Made by a program: the position numbers and the translations under genes. Below, piece after piece: positions 11,235 through 24,008 of a DNA stretch of 64,000 nucleotides. Origin of the DNA: Deltaproteobacteria bacterium (GTDB taxonomy: Bacteria > Desulfobacterota > Binatia > UBA1149 > CAYXZP01); NCBI GenBank assembly GCA_046583395.1, contig JAYGCK010000033.1, positions 722 to 64,721 of the forward strand. The letters run 5' to 3'. Position 1 is the first letter of the stretch; the number at the start of each line of letters is the position of its first letter. The notes below the pieces were generated by a model that did not search any database, was not told where the DNA came from, and was given only the letters and a program-made list of their open reading frames with translations.

Positions 11235-11704
11235 GTACAGAAGGTCATCGGATACGCGTTCTCCTCGTCGGACGCACGGAGCGTCTCGTCGACGAGAGTC
11301 CAGCCGGCCAAGTCCGTGTCGGGGAAAAAGGTGTCGCCTTCGGGTGCGCCGTCGACCCGCGTGATATAGGCGCGCCCGGCCACCGCCAAGGCCTCGGCGT
11401 AGACCGAGGCCCCGCCGATGACAAAGGCCTCCTGCTCACCGGCACAGGCCTCGGCCGCCCCGGCAAGCGAAGCGGCCAGGGTCACGCCTTGGGCCCGATA
11501 ACCGCCGTCGCTGGTCAACACGACCGAACGTCTGCCGGGCAAGGCGCGGCCGATGGATTCAAAGGTTTTGCGTCCCATGATGAGCGCATGTCCGGTGGTC
11601 AGCTCTTTGAACCTGGCCAGATCGGCCGGCAGGTGCCAGGGCAGGCGGCCCTGGTGACCGATAACGCCGTTTGTGGCGACCGCCGCGATAATCGATAGAC
11701 GCAT
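11219..11704 (-). CDS. folA: Dihydrofolate reductase
   Basis: [52 protein letters not shown]; immediately downstream of thyA. Confidence 0.9.
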   Translation of the reverse strand: MRLSIIAAVATNGVIGHQGRLPWHLPADLARFKELTTGHALIMGRKTFESIGRALPGRRSVVLTSDGGYRAQGVTLAASLAGAAEACAGEQEAFVIGGASVYAEALAVAGRAYITRVDGAPEGDTFFPDTDLAGWTLVDETLRASDEENAYPMTFCTYERG

Positions 11705-12498
11705 CAGACCGCTACCGCGGCTTTGATGTGCGGGTGCGGCTGGTAGCCCTCGAGCCGGAAGTCGTCATAGACGAACTCCGATATGTCGGTCACATCGGGG
11801 TTGAGCCCCATGCGCGGTAACTCCAAGGGTTCGCGCTCCAACTGGGTGCGGGCCTGGTCGAGGTGATTTGAGTACAGGTGGGTGTCGCCCAGGGTGTGAA
11901 CGAACTCGCCTGGACCCAGGCCGGTGACCTGCGCGACCATCATGGTGAGCAAGGCGTAGGAAGCGATGTTGAAGGGCACCCCCAAGAAGGTGTCGGCGCT
12001 ACGCTGGTACAGCTGGCAGGACAACCGCCCGCCCGCCACGTAGAACTGGAACAGCAGATGACATGGAGGCAACGCCATGCGCGATAGGTCGGCAACGTTC
12101 CACGCGCTTACTATCAACCGCCTGGAGTCGGGGTTGTTCCGTATCTCGTCGATGACCCCGGCCAGCTGGTCGATGGAGCCGCCTACCGCTGTCGGCCACG
12201 AACGCCACTGACGGCCGTAGACCGGTCCAAGCTCGCCGTTGTCATCGGCCCACTCGTCCCAAATGCTAACGCCGTTGTCCTTTAGATAAGCGACGTTGGT
12301 ATCGCCGCGAATGAACCACAGAAGCTCATGGATAATCGAGCTGATGTGCAGCTTCTTGGTCGTCAACAGGGGGAAACCGCCGTCGAGGTCGAAGCGCATC
12401 TGACGTCCGAACACGCTGAGGGTCCCGGTCCCGGTGCGATCGGTCTTCTCCACACCATGGGCCAGCACGTCGTCGAGCAGGTCGAGATACTGTTTCAC
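11704..12498 (-). CDS. thyA: Thymidylate synthase
   Basis: ThyA motifs ([10 protein letters not shown], catalytic [11 protein letters not shown]). The likely true start is the in-frame GTG at 12498 ([12 protein letters not shown]...), giving 264 aa. The ORF-track 5' extension overlaps the upstream gene. Confidence 0.9.
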   Translation of the reverse strand: MKQYLDLLDDVLAHGVEKTDRTGTGTLSVFGRQMRFDLDGGFPLLTTKKLHISSIIHELLWFIRGDTNVAYLKDNGVSIWDEWADDNGELGPVYGRQWRSWPTAVGGSIDQLAGVIDEIRNNPDSRRLIVSAWNVADLSRMALPPCHLLFQFYVAGGRLSCQLYQRSADTFLGVPFNIASYALLTMMVAQVTGLGPGEFVHTLGDTHLYSNHLDQARTQLEREPLELPRMGLNPDVTDISEFVYDDFRLEGYQPHPHIKAAVAV

Positions 12499-13775
12499 GC
12501 CGGCCCGCCCGTCTCGAGAGTATGGAACAAGAGGCCGCTTAGCAGCTTGGGATAAAAATAGGTGGATTTGTGCGGCATCAGTTCGCCGACCCGGCACACG
12601 TCCGACAGTTGCTCGGTATTGGGCGCGCGCAAGAGGAACAGGCCCTCGATGCTGCCCGCCTCGACCTTTGCCAGGCTGGACTCGGCCTCTGCATTGTATT
12701 CGAGTTGGATAGCCGACGCGCCGGCCCCGGCCAGAATACGGTCTATGACCTCCTCGTGAAGGACGCTTACGTCGAGGTCGGCGGCCTTGCCCGCCCCCTG
12801 TTTGTCGCGCCGGAGAAGCAGATAATGGTCTAGCCCGGACAGGGCCACGCCGACCACATTGGCCGCCTCCGGGCTGGCCTCGAGCTCGGCCATCAGCGAA
12901 CGCGCGCCCGTCTGGCTCCGTTCGAACCTGTCGATCTGGAACGCTTCGGCCGCACGCCGCTCGAACTCGGCGTGGCCGGCACCTCCGGACCCGACCAGCT
13001 CACGGTGGGTCGGCAGTATGACCATGCCAGGGTCCTCGAAGGCGGCCAGAAAGGCCATGACGTGGGCCTCGGGGCAGTCCTCGTCACCGGCCGCATCATC
13101 GTCCGCGCCGGGTTCGGCACCCTCGTGAGAATCTGCGTAGTAGGCCAGCGCGGTCTCGTAGCGGTGATGACCGTCGGCGATGAACACCTCGCGCCCGGAC
13201 AGGGCCTCGGTAATCGCCCGGCAGGTCTGTTCGGAGACCAAGGTCCACAGACGGTGCCGGACACCGTCCTGCTCAACGTCTATATCGGCCGGACTGTCCC
13301 AGCCCCCGTCGGGCTCAGGCGTGAAGTCCGGATTGGAGTACAGGCCGAAGATGGGGCTCAGGTTGGCGTGGGTTTCGCGGGTGAGCTCGAGACGGTCCGC
13401 CTTGTGATGACCGAAGGTGCGCTCGTGCGGACGAACCACCCCGCGAGAGAATGGTTCCAAGCAAAGCGCGCCGATGACCCCCGTGCGCCGTATAGCGGTC
13501 CCCCCACAGTTGAAGTCCTGGGCATAGAGATAGAAGGCCTCGTGCTGGTCGCGTACACACAGGCCATCGCCGTTCCATTCCCGGAACAAGCGTCCCGCTT
13601 CGGGGTGACCGTCACGGTTGAGAATTAAACGAGCCACATTGTATGGGCTCGAGTCGTAAAACGCGTCGCGTTCCTCCGGGCTTATGACATCGTAGGGCGG
13701 AGCGACCAGCGACCCGAGGTCACCGGCACGTGAGGCGTCATAGCGAAGCGCTCTGAATGGGCGGAACCTGGCCAA
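12495..13775 (-). CDS. DUF1015 family protein
   Basis: N-terminal (M/L)[12 protein letters not shown] signature and a size of about 420 aa. The probable TTG start lies 2 nt after the tsaC stop; the ORF-track 5' extension is probably not translated. Confidence 0.55.
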   Translation of the reverse strand: MARFRPFRALRYDASRAGDLGSLVAPPYDVISPEERDAFYDSSPYNVARLILNRDGHPEAGRLFREWNGDGLCVRDQHEAFYLYAQDFNCGGTAIRRTGVIGALCLEPFSRGVVRPHERTFGHHKADRLELTRETHANLSPIFGLYSNPDFTPEPDGGWDSPADIDVEQDGVRHRLWTLVSEQTCRAITEALSGREVFIADGHHRYETALAYYADSHEGAEPGADDDAAGDEDCPEAHVMAFLAAFEDPGMVILPTHRELVGSGGAGHAEFERRAAEAFQIDRFERSQTGARSLMAELEASPEAANVVGVALSGLDHYLLLRRDKQGAGKAADLDVSVLHEEVIDRILAGAGASAIQLEYNAEAESSLAKVEAGSIEGLFLLRAPNTEQLSDVCRVGELMPHKSTYFYPKLLSGLLFHTLETGGPA

Positions 13776-13776
13776 A

Positions 13777-14403
13777 CTATTGTTGCGATCCGTCGATCTC
13801 CACCACACGAGCGAGATCTTCGAGAGTAATCCGGCCGCTTCGGCGCAGGTATGCCCGGCCATCCAAAAACTCAACTACGGTCGAGGGATTGTCCTGGTCA
13901 CGGTTGCCGCCATCGACATAGGCACCGACCGATGACCCGAAGTAGTCGCGGGCCTCTGCGATATTGCGCGCCGGCCTCTGCCCGGCCGGGTTGGCCGAGG
14001 TCGCCGTGACCGGAGCACCAAAGACCGACAACAGCCCGGCCGCGTTCGGGTCAGAGCTACAACGAAGCGCCACCCCCCCGGTGGGGCCCTTGAGTCCGGG
14101 GTCGAGGCCGGCCGCTGCTGGCATGACCATAGTAAGAGGTCCGGGCCAGAACTCGGCCGCCAGACTGACCCCGCCACCCGGAATACGCCCCTCGACAAAG
14201 GACCGGGCCGCCGAAAGGCCGGCTACAAGGACCGACACACCGCTGCCGGCCTCGCGGCCCTTGAGCGAGTAGAGTCCCTCGAGCGCAGCCTGGCTGTCGG
14301 CGCGCACGCCCAAGCCGTAAAGGGTCTCGGTGGGATACACGACCACGCCGCCGGCGCTGAGAACGGCGGCGGCCTCGTCAAGCGCCTTGGCCGCGTTGCT
14401 CAC
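13777..14403 (-). CDS. tsaC: L-threonylcarbamoyladenylate synthase (YrdC/Sua5 family)
   Basis: YrdC-domain motifs (VVYPTETLYGLGVRADSQAALEGLYSLKGR). Confidence 0.8.
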   Translation of the reverse strand: MSNAAKALDEAAAVLSAGGVVVYPTETLYGLGVRADSQAALEGLYSLKGREAGSGVSVLVAGLSAARSFVEGRIPGGGVSLAAEFWPGPLTMVMPAAAGLDPGLKGPTGGVALRCSSDPNAAGLLSVFGAPVTATSANPAGQRPARNIAEARDYFGSSVGAYVDGGNRDQDNPSTVVEFLDGRAYLRRSGRITLEDLARVVEIDGSQQ

Positions 14404-14927
14404 CCGTAACGACGCACGGTTCCGGGAACCTTGGCCGCCATCTCACGCCGGCGGCGTTCGAGCTTGGCCGCCAGCCGCGAATCATCAAGCGCAAGGATGG
14501 ATGCGGCCAACAGAGCCGCGTTCTCAGCGCCGGCACCGCCAATGGCCAGGGTGCCCACGGGAACACCGGCCGGCATCTGCACGGTCGAAAGCAAAGCGTC
14601 CTTGCCGGCCAATGCCCCGGACTCCAGCGGAACCCCGAGCACCGGCAATGTGGTGTTGGCCGCCACCGCTCCGGCCAGGTGCGCCGCGCGTCCGGCACCG
14701 ACGACCAGGACCTTTATCCCCCTGCGCTTGGCGCTCTTGGTGTAACGCGCAGTACGCTCGGGTGAACGGTGGGCCGAGGTCACCACGACCTCGTGGGGTA
14801 TGTCGAGCGACTCCAGGCATTTGGCCGCACGCTCCATTACTTCGAGGTCGCTCGAGCTGCCCATCAGGACACCGACCACGGGCGGCCGTTTCTTGGTCGA
14901 GCCTCTTTTCTTCTTAGTAGTTGCCAT
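14400..14927 (-). CDS. purE: 5-(carboxyamino)imidazole ribonucleotide mutase
   Basis: PurE motifs ([32 protein letters not shown]); the likely start is the internal Met MATTKKK. Confidence 0.9.
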   Translation of the reverse strand: MATTKKKRGSTKKRPPVVGVLMGSSSDLEVMERAAKCLESLDIPHEVVVTSAHRSPERTARYTKSAKRRGIKVLVVGAGRAAHLAGAVAANTTLPVLGVPLESGALAGKDALLSTVQMPAGVPVGTLAIGGAGAENAALLAASILALDDSRLAAKLERRRREMAAKVPGTVRRYG

Positions 14928-14946
14928 GTCCTCTCCTTTTAGACCT

Positions 14947-16229
14947 TTAACCACGCGCACGTGCGATTGCCCTGTGCGCTATGTCCCGCCGCCAATGCGC
15001 GTCCTCCCAGGAGATGCTGTCGACCCCGGCATAGGCGGCCGTGGCAGCCTCGCCCACTCCCTGTCCGAGAGCGGTCACACCCAGCACCCTGCCCCCCGCG
15101 GTCACCCAACGGCCGTTATCATCGCGCGCGGTTCCGGCGTGGAAAACGGTAACATCGGCCAAGGCTGCGGCCCGTTCGATACCCTCTATGGTCTTGCCCT
15201 TCTGGTAGTCACCCGGATAGCCACCCGACGACATGACCACACATACCGCATCGCGGTCGTCCCATTCGGGTCTGACCCCGGCCAACTCACCGGCAACGGT
15301 GGCCTGCATGATGTCGAGAAGACTGCTGCGCAGCCTGGCCATTATTGGTTGGCACTCAGGGTCGCCGAAACGGACGTTGTACTCCAGGTCCTTGGGGCCG
15401 TCGGCCGTCATCATCAGCCCGGCATAGAGAACCCCACGGAAATCTATCCCGCGTCCGGCCAAGGTTGCCACCGTCGGTTCGATTATCCGGCCGACGATCG
15501 AGGCCGACATTTCCTCTGTCAGCACCGGCGCGGGGGAATAAGCGCCCATGCCGCCGGTATTGGGTCCGCGGTCTCCGTCAAAGACCGGCTTGTGGTCTTG
15601 AGAGGAGGCCAAGGGCAGAACCGAACGGCCGTCGGTGACCGCCATGAAGGAGGCTTCCTCTCCCTCTAGGAACTCTTCGACAAGGACCCGGCTACCAGCC
15701 TGGCCGAAACTGCCGTCGACCAGCATCCCGTCTATGGCCCGTCCGGCCTCGGCCTCGTCCGTGCATATGATGACGCCCTTACCGGCGGCAAGCCCGTCGG
15801 CCTTTACCACCACCGGACAACCGAAGCGGCGGACCATGTCCTTAGCCTCCGTAGCCTCGGCGGTCTCACCGTAAGCTGCAGTCGGCACACCGGCCTCGGT
15901 CAGGACCGACTTGGTGAAGGCCTTGGAGGCTTCCAATCGGGCTCCCTCGCGGCTGGGACCGAAAAGGTCGAGACCGCGCTCTGCAAACAGGTCTCCGATA
16001 CCGGCCGCAAGCGGGGCTTCGGGCCCGACCACGGTTAGGTCGATGCCACGTTCGGCGGCAAGGCCGGCCAGACCTTCGATATCATCGGCCGCCACCGGGA
16101 CACACTCGGCCATGTCGGCAATGGCCGCCGAACCCGGCGCCGCCAACACCTCGTCGACTCCCGCCTCGCCGGCCAACTTCCAGACCAGCGCGTGCTCCCT
16201 TCCACCGCTACCTACGACCAGTACCCGCA

Positions 16230-16230
<1 letters not shown>
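14947..16230 (-). CDS. purD: Phosphoribosylamine--glycine ligase
   Basis: MRVLVVGSGGREHALVWKLA N-terminus with an ATP-grasp core. Confidence 0.9.
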
Positions 16231-17782
<1,552 letters not shown>

Positions 17783-17786
<4 letters not shown>

Positions 17787-18979
17787 AGATACTCCCTCTC
17801 GACCCTGGCGCCGACGCGCGCGACGAGTTCGTATGGGATGGTAGCTCCGGCCTCGGCCAGTTCGGCCGCCCCGGGGTCTTGTCCCCACAGAACGGCTTCG
17901 CTACCGACCGCAACGTCATCTATCCCGGTCACATCGATCATCAGATGGTCCATGCACACACGACCGACCACCGGCGCGCTCCGGCCCTCGACCGAAACAC
18001 GCCCGGCGTTGGACAGTACACGCGGGTAGCCGTCGGCATAGCCGCAACGGACAGTGGCGATGCGGCTCGGGCGCTCGGTGCGGTAGCTGTGTCCATAGCT
18101 GATGCCCTCGCCGGCGCCAACGTCGGCCACGCGCACCACGGTGGCGGCAAGGGTCATCACCGGCCGCAACTCTGCACGGCCGGCTAGCCCCGGGTCGGGC
18201 AGGAGTCCGTAGAGCATCAGACCGGGGCGAACCATGTCGAGATGGGTCTCGGGTCGGGTCATCACTGCGGCACTGTTGGCCAGGTGGAGCCGGTGTTCGA
18301 CACCGGCCGTGCGAACCGCCCTGCTGGCCTCAAGCAGCGTTTCTAACTGACCCTCGGTCGTAGGGTCGGTGACGTTCTCGGCCTTTGCGAAGTGCGAGCA
18401 CAGGGCCGCAAGACCCACACCCTCGGTGTCGGCCACAAGGCGTGCCAACCCGGCCGCATTCTCGGGCCGCAGTCCGAGACGGTGCATACCGGTGTCGACC
18501 TTGATGTGGACCAGGGCCTGGCGGCCGTTGGCGCGCGCGGCCCCGGCCAAGGCGGCAATCACATCGGCCTCCTGTGTGACCACCTCGGCCCCACAGGCCA
18601 CCGCCTCGACCGCTTCGGAGGCCATGATGCCGCCAAAGACGACGACGGCGGCGTCGGGCAGGCCGGCCAAAGAACGGGCCTCGGCGATGCTCACGACACC
18701 GAAGCTTCGACAACCGGCCTGGTAGAGTCGTCGGGCAACGGCCCCGCCTCCGTGGCCGTAGGCGTTGGCCTTGACCATGGCGAGAACGGATACGGCAGGT
18801 CCTACCAGACGCTCGACCTCACCGAGGTTCGATTCGAGCGCGTCAAGGTCTATCCGTGCTCGGGGAACGCTTGCCGACAAGTAGGTCGGATACCAATTAC
18901 CGCATACGGGTACAACAGGGTCAGGCACCGTGGGCGCCTTGTAAAGGCCCCCCTGTGAGGCTAGCGTCGGCCGGTGCAA
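17783..18979 (-). CDS. alr: Alanine racemase
   Basis: PLP-lysine motif (AMVKANAYGHG). The true start is probably downstream of the ORF-track TTG, near RARIDLDAL. Confidence 0.85.
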
Positions 18980-19174
18980 GTGACCGTCAACGGACGCAAC
19001 GAAGAGCTGCCCGCGGGCAGCAGCGTCGGTGCGCTGGTCGAAAGACTAGGTTTCGGCAAGGCCCGGCTTGCCATCGAACTGAACAAAAGAATCGTTGAAC
19101 ACGGCCGCTGGGACGAGGCCCTGTTGGAAGAGGCGGACAATGTCGAGATCGTCGAATTCATCGGCGGGGGCTGA
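18974..19174 (+). CDS. thiS: Sulfur carrier protein ThiS
   Basis: 66 aa ending in GG; adjacent to thiG. Confidence 0.8.
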   Translation: MQVTVNGRNEELPAGSSVGALVERLGFGKARLAIELNKRIVEHGRWDEALLEEADNVEIVEFIGGG

Positions 19175-19970
19175 GGCCTCCGAACAAGGCCGCGACCCCG
19201 GTGACAGCTGGGAACTGGCCGGCAAGAGCTTCAGCTCACGCCTGATAGTCGGGACCGGTAAGTACGCCGATTTCGAGCAAACACGCGAGGCCGTGGAGGC
19301 GTCGGGTGCCGAGATTGTCACGGTGGCGCTCAGGCGCGTCAACATCACCGATGCGGGCAAAGAGAACCTCCTCGATTACGTCGACCCCGAACGTTACACG
19401 ATACTGCCGAACACGGCCGGGTGTTATACCGCCGACGACGCCTGCCGTACCGCACGGCTCGCTCGCGAGGCCGGTATCGGCAAGCTCGTCAAGCTTGAGG
19501 TGATCGGCGACGAGCAAACGCTGTTCCCCGATGTCGCGGCCACGATAGAAGCCTCGGAGACGCTGGTGGCCGAAGGCTTCGACGTCCTGCCCTACGTCAC
19601 CGACGACCCGGTAGCGTGTAAACGGCTGGAGGAGATTGGCTGCGCTGCGGTGATGCCGCTGGCCGCTCCAATCGGCTCGGGTCTGGGCATTCGCAATCCA
19701 CACAACATCCGCATCATCCTCGAACACGCCTCGGTCCCGGTCATCGTCGATGCCGGGGTCGGAACAGCCTCCGACGCCGCCGTTGCCATGGAAATGGGCT
19801 GCGAGGCGGTGCTGATGAACACCGCGATAGCCGGTGCCGACGACCCATTGATGATGGCCGAGGCCATGGGGCTGGGCGTCACGGCCGGCCGCAAGGCCTA
19901 CCTGGCCGGCCGCATAGCAAGAAAGGCCTACGCAACGGCCTCGTCTCCGCTAGACGACCTAATCGAGTAA
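19140..19970 (+). CDS. thiG: Thiazole synthase
   Basis: ThiG motifs ([25 protein letters not shown]). The ATG start at about 19140 overlaps the thiS 3' end; it has a GAGG 9 nt upstream. Confidence 0.85.
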   Translation: MSRSSNSSAGAEASEQGRDPGDSWELAGKSFSSRLIVGTGKYADFEQTREAVEASGAEIVTVALRRVNITDAGKENLLDYVDPERYTILPNTAGCYTADDACRTARLAREAGIGKLVKLEVIGDEQTLFPDVAATIEASETLVAEGFDVLPYVTDDPVACKRLEEIGCAAVMPLAAPIGSGLGIRNPHNIRIILEHASVPVIVDAGVGTASDAAVAMEMGCEAVLMNTAIAGADDPLMMAEAMGLGVTAGRKAYLAGRIARKAYATASSPLDDLIE

Positions 19971-19980
19971 AGCGTCGGTC

Positions 19981-20622
19981 TTGGCACGCGCTCTTCCCCG
20001 CCCGGGACTTACGGTCATAACCGACCAGGCACTGGCCACCGGCAAGCTCATGACCGTCGTCAGCGCAGCGCTTGAGGGCGGCTGCCGGCTGATTCAACTG
20101 AGACGGCACCGGACCGCGGCCGGACCCCTGCTTGAGCTGGCCCAGCAACTGCGCCGTCTCACCGGCGACTACGATGCGATGCTTGTGATAAACGACCGTG
20201 TCGATATCGCCGTCGAGAGCGGCGCCGACGGTGTGCACCTGCCGACGGCCGGCATGCGGGCGGCCACGGTGCGCAAAATCGTTGGACCCAGGATGCTCAT
20301 CGGACGGTCTGTGCATTCATTCGAAGAGCTAGACGCGCTCTTGCATGATGAGGTCGACTACGTGCATTTCGGCCCTGTTTACGAGACCGATTCCAAACGA
20401 ACGTTTGGTAGTCCGCAGGGTGTGCACAAGCTAGCTGAGGTGGTGAAGCGTGCCGACGGACTGCCCGTCGTGGCCGTGGGAGGCATCCACCGGGGGCGCG
20501 GCCAAGAGGTCGCCCGTACCGGTGCTTGGGGTGCGGCCGTCATCGGCGCCGTTACAGGGGCCGACGACCCCCGGGCCGAAACCGAAGCGCTATTGGCCGC
20601 GCTTGGCCGGCCGCAAGACTAG
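19981..20622 (+). CDS. thiE: Thiamine-phosphate synthase
   Basis: ThiE TIM-barrel motifs (LQLRRHR..., VHLPTAG...). Confidence 0.85.
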   Translation: MARALPRPGLTVITDQALATGKLMTVVSAALEGGCRLIQLRRHRTAAGPLLELAQQLRRLTGDYDAMLVINDRVDIAVESGADGVHLPTAGMRAATVRKIVGPRMLIGRSVHSFEELDALLHDEVDYVHFGPVYETDSKRTFGSPQGVHKLAEVVKRADGLPVVAVGGIHRGRGQEVARTGAWGAAVIGAVTGADDPRAETEALLAALGRPQD

Positions 20623-20900
20623 TGGACCGTGTGCTGGGGGCTATCGAGAACCCCTAGAACGGTAAGGCATTCCATGCCGGCGCTCAGGTGGTAAAGAACG
20701 TACCACTCGCCCACGGGCAGGAAGTAACATCCCTTGGCCCCCTCTAGCATGACAGCGCCCGCAGGCTGCGGGTCCTCGGCCAAATCGAGAATGGCCTGAC
20801 TGATGGTGTCAGTGTCTCCATTGGGAACCATCTCGATTTCCCGATACGCGCTATAGGTCATGGCAAGCTCGATATCCCTCTCAATCGTACCTTGCATCAT
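20619..20900 (-). CDS. Hypothetical protein (about 93 aa from the internal MMQGTIERD start)
   Basis: ORF convergent with thiE; no recognisable family. The 5' extension of the ORF-track model looks non-coding (low complexity). Confidence 0.3.
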   Translation of the reverse strand: MMQGTIERDIELAMTYSAYREIEMVPNGDTDTISQAILDLAEDPQPAGAVMLEGAKGCYFLPVGEWYVLYHLSAGMECLTVLGVLDSPQHTVH

Positions 20901-21172
20901 AATACCTCCTTGGCCTCCTGCCCTGCAGACAAGCAAAGCCCATGCCAAGACGCTTGCGGCTAATGTCCCTCCAGACGGCTCCCACAGGGCCGTTATCCCC
21001 CATCTGGGGCCTGGCGCAGGCCCGCAAGGAAGTCCCACTATCCACTATTCGGCCATGTACCGGTCAATGACCCGGCCGCCATAGCCTCGGTGGCGCAACG
21101 CATTATCACGGCCAGGGCATAGCTTGGCCCGGGCCGGTAGCCTCCAAGAGAAGCCTCGTGTAGCAAGGCCGG

Positions 21173-24001
21173 ATGCAGGGCCAGGCCGCACTTTTCCACG
21201 ACGAGCTACCGCTGGTCGAGGTCGGCCCCTCGCTGTTCGAGATAGACAGCCAGGCTCTCGGGCTAGACCCCGAGGCCCTCGACCTGCTGGTCCGCCGGGG
21301 GCCGCTTTGTTTTGTCGACCTAGAGGCCACCGGACTCGATGCCCTCACCGAAGGCCTGATCGAGGTCGGTGCGGTCCTAGTAGAACCCGGCAAAGCACGG
21401 GCCCAGGTAATGACGAGCTTCGTGGCGACCGACCGCGAGCTGCCCCCCTTCATACAGAGGCTGACCGGAATCGTCCCGTCCGACCTCACCGACGCACCCG
21501 CACACGAGGAAGTAGCGGCCCGCCTGGACTCCTTCATCGGCTCGGCACCGGTGGTGGCTCACAACACCGGCTTCGAAAGCCGCTGGCTGGCCGAAAGGGT
21601 CAACCGGCGCTTTGCCAAACACCTCTTCCTCGACACCGTCGAGCTTCTGGCCCTTGCCTATCCCGATAGCCGCAACATGAAGCTGGACACCTTCTGTCGC
21701 GACAAGCTCGGACGGCGCGAGCGCCATCGTGCTCTCGACGACGCCCTCGATACGCTTCGTCTCACCGTCGGCATCATCTCGGATGCCGGCCATGGCAGTA
21801 CGCGTGCAGCCAACGCGCACCGGGCGATGCGCATGTACCGCCCATCCTCGCCCTGGCTCGAACGCATGCAGGATCTGCCCAACCCGGATACCGCCGCCGC
21901 CGAACGACCGGCAGCAGACGCGGCCGCCGGGTCCGGTCTCGAGCCGGTCGGTCTTGATCTCGACGCCATCGTTGAACGCCTTTCGGACACCCAGGCGGCC
22001 GTAGGACTCATACCGGGCTATCAGGCGCGCCCCGGCCAGCTACGCATGGTGCGCTCGGTCTACGAGTCCTTCATGGCACAGGACGGCAAGAGCGTCAGGG
22101 TCATGGAGGCGGGCACGGGAATAGGAAAGACGCTGGCCTACCTGGCCGTGGCCATTCCTTTTGCGCGCGAGAGCCGCGAGCCGGTAATCATCTCGACCTC
22201 GAGCAAGGTGTTGCAGACGCAACTGATAGAGAAGGACATTCCGGCGGCCGCACACCTGCTCGGCTACCCCGACATCAGGTTCACCTCGATGAAGGGCCGG
22301 GCCAACTATCTTTGCCGCACCAAGCTCGACCGTTTCCTCGACGACCAATCGATGTCGGAACCGCCACCGGACTCTTTCGGTGTCGCGCTGCTGTCGGCCT
22401 TCGCCAACACCAGCGGCCACGGCGAGGTCGACCGCATCCCCGGCGTCCTCTACCAGATATACCCCGAACTCGAACGCCACCGCCGTGAGGTGACAAGTTC
22501 GGACTCGGGAGAATGTTCCCGTCAGACCTGTCATTCGACCCGCACCGACTGTGTGTTCCGGCGGGCAAGGGAACGGTTGGAGGGAGCCGAGATTGCCGTG
22601 GTCAACCACGACCTGCTGCTGCGCTGGCCTTCCGACTACCCGCAGACCAACAGGCTGATCATAGACGAGGTCCACGAGCTGTCGGAAAGGGCCGACTCGG
22701 CCTATGCCCGCACTGCCGAGGCCATCGAGATACTGCACCGTATAGAGGCCACCGTGGGCGACCGCTCGCGGAGCAAGGCGCGTGAGGTGGAGGTCTTGGT
22801 CGAGGCCGGGCGCCGTGCCCGGGCGCTGGTGACCGCCGTTGGTGCCGAGGCCCGTGTACTGGTCGGAGGAGAGGAGGCCAGCAATCAGGCCTGGCGCGAC
22901 GAGTTGGCCCTTCCAGATGACGACAGCGGTGCGGCCTGGAAAGAACTCATCGACGCTTCGCTCGAACTGGCCGCTGCACTCGACACGCTGGCCCGCGGCC
23001 TGGCCGAAATAGCCGACAGCGATGAGAGCCCCGAAAGCGGCGCCGCCGAGGCCTTCGCCGACGCCGCCGAAGTGCTTTCGAGCAGTTTCCCGCAGCCACC
23101 TTCGGGGCTGGTCGTGCGCTTCCGCGGTTTGGCCCGCCGCAGCGCCGAGGCCTGGCGGCTTGTTGCAACACCGGTATCGCCGGCTGCCGACTTCCAGCTA
23201 AACGTGCTCGACCAGGTCGAGACCTTGTTCGGCACGTCGGCCACGCTTGCCATCGGCGAGGACATCCGCGGGTCGCTCGGACCCCTCGAACTCCCCGAAC
23301 GTTCCTCGGGACGCTTCAACCAGGAGCCGTCGGTTCCCAGCCCTTTCGATTTCGAGAACAACCTCGAGATCGTCTTCATAACCGACCGCACCGACCACAG
23401 CCGCCTGGTCGACAAGACCGTCATTGCCATCGAAGAAACGGCGACGCGCCTGGGCGGCCGCACCCTCGGCCTGTTCACCAGCCGCGACCGGCTCTCGACC
23501 GCGACCGATATTCTCGACCACCGGCTTCGCGACCAGGGAATCACGGTTATCGCCCCAATCAGCGGCAACGCCGACCCCCACGAACTGGTAAGAAGCTTCA
23601 TGGAGACCGAACGCTCGGTGCTGCTGGGCTCGCGCGCCTTCTGGCAGGGCGTCGATGTGCCGGGCCCGAGCTGTCAGGCGCTGGTTATCGAAAAGCTGCC
23701 CTTCGATGTGCCGAGCGACCCTTTGCTCGTGCGCCGCGGCAAGCTGATCGAGGAGGACGGTGGTAACGGCTTCATGGACTTCACGCTTCCGCGGATGCTT
23801 CTGAGGCTCAAGCAGATGATAGGCCGCCTGATACGAACACCCACCGACCGCGGCATAGTGGTTATCGTGGAGCCGAGGAGCGAGAAGAGATATTTCGGCC
23901 GGCTCGCCGACGCGCTACCGTTGGACGTGCCACACACCAAGATTCCGCTTGCCGACCTCGCAGACTACGTCGACGGTTTCGCGCGCCGTATCGGGCTCTG
24001 A
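21173..24001 (+). CDS. dinG: Bifunctional DnaQ-family 3'-5' exonuclease / DinG-family ATP-dependent DNA helicase
   Basis: N-terminal DEDD exonuclease motifs (FVDLEATGLD, H..GF...), then Rad3/DinG-type helicase motifs (GTGIGKTLAYL, IIDEVHEL, Fe-S cysteines C...C...C) and a helicase C-terminal domain. Confidence 0.8.
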   Translation: MQGQAALFHDELPLVEVGPSLFEIDSQALGLDPEALDLLVRRGPLCFVDLEATGLDALTEGLIEVGAVLVEPGKARAQVMTSFVATDRELPPFIQRLTGIVPSDLTDAPAHEEVAARLDSFIGSAPVVAHNTGFESRWLAERVNRRFAKHLFLDTVELLALAYPDSRNMKLDTFCRDKLGRRERHRALDDALDTLRLTVGIISDAGHGSTRAANAHRAMRMYRPSSPWLERMQDLPNPDTAAAERPAADAAAGSGLEPVGLDLDAIVERLSDTQAAVGLIPGYQARPGQLRMVRSVYESFMAQDGKSVRVMEAGTGIGKTLAYLAVAIPFARESREPVIISTSSKVLQTQLIEKDIPAAAHLLGYPDIRFTSMKGRANYLCRTKLDRFLDDQSMSEPPPDSFGVALLSAFANTSGHGEVDRIPGVLYQIYPELERHRREVTSSDSGECSRQTCHSTRTDCVFRRARERLEGAEIAVVNHDLLLRWPSDYPQTNRLIIDEVHELSERADSAYARTAEAIEILHRIEATVGDRSRSKAREVEVLVEAGRRARALVTAVGAEARVLVGGEEASNQAWRDELALPDDDSGAAWKELIDASLELAAALDTLARGLAEIADSDESPESGAAEAFADAAEVLSSSFPQPPSGLVVRFRGLARRSAEAWRLVATPVSPAADFQLNVLDQVETLFGTSATLAIGEDIRGSLGPLELPERSSGRFNQEPSVPSPFDFENNLEIVFITDRTDHSRLVDKTVIAIEETATRLGGRTLGLFTSRDRLSTATDILDHRLRDQGITVIAPISGNADPHELVRSFMETERSVLLGSRAFWQGVDVPGPSCQALVIEKLPFDVPSDPLLVRRGKLIEEDGGNGFMDFTLPRMLLRLKQMIGRLIRTPTDRGIVVIVEPRSEKRYFGRLADALPLDVPHTKIPLADLADYVDGFARRIGL

Positions 24002-24008
24002 AGAGGGC

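Noticed and set aside
18860-18975. Possible TPP riboswitch upstream of thiS, from a partial resemblance of GGUCGGAUACCAAUUACCGCAUACGGG to the 3' half of the THI box
   Set aside because: The essentially invariant CUGAGA and ACCUGAUC elements are absent, and the region largely overlaps the 5' end of the alr ORF. It needs an Infernal scan to be sure.
21039-21172. LexA/SOS box upstream of dinG
   Set aside because: I found neither CTGT-N8-ACAG nor the Gram-positive CGAAC...GTTCG or actinobacterial TCGAAC-N4-GTTCGA motifs.
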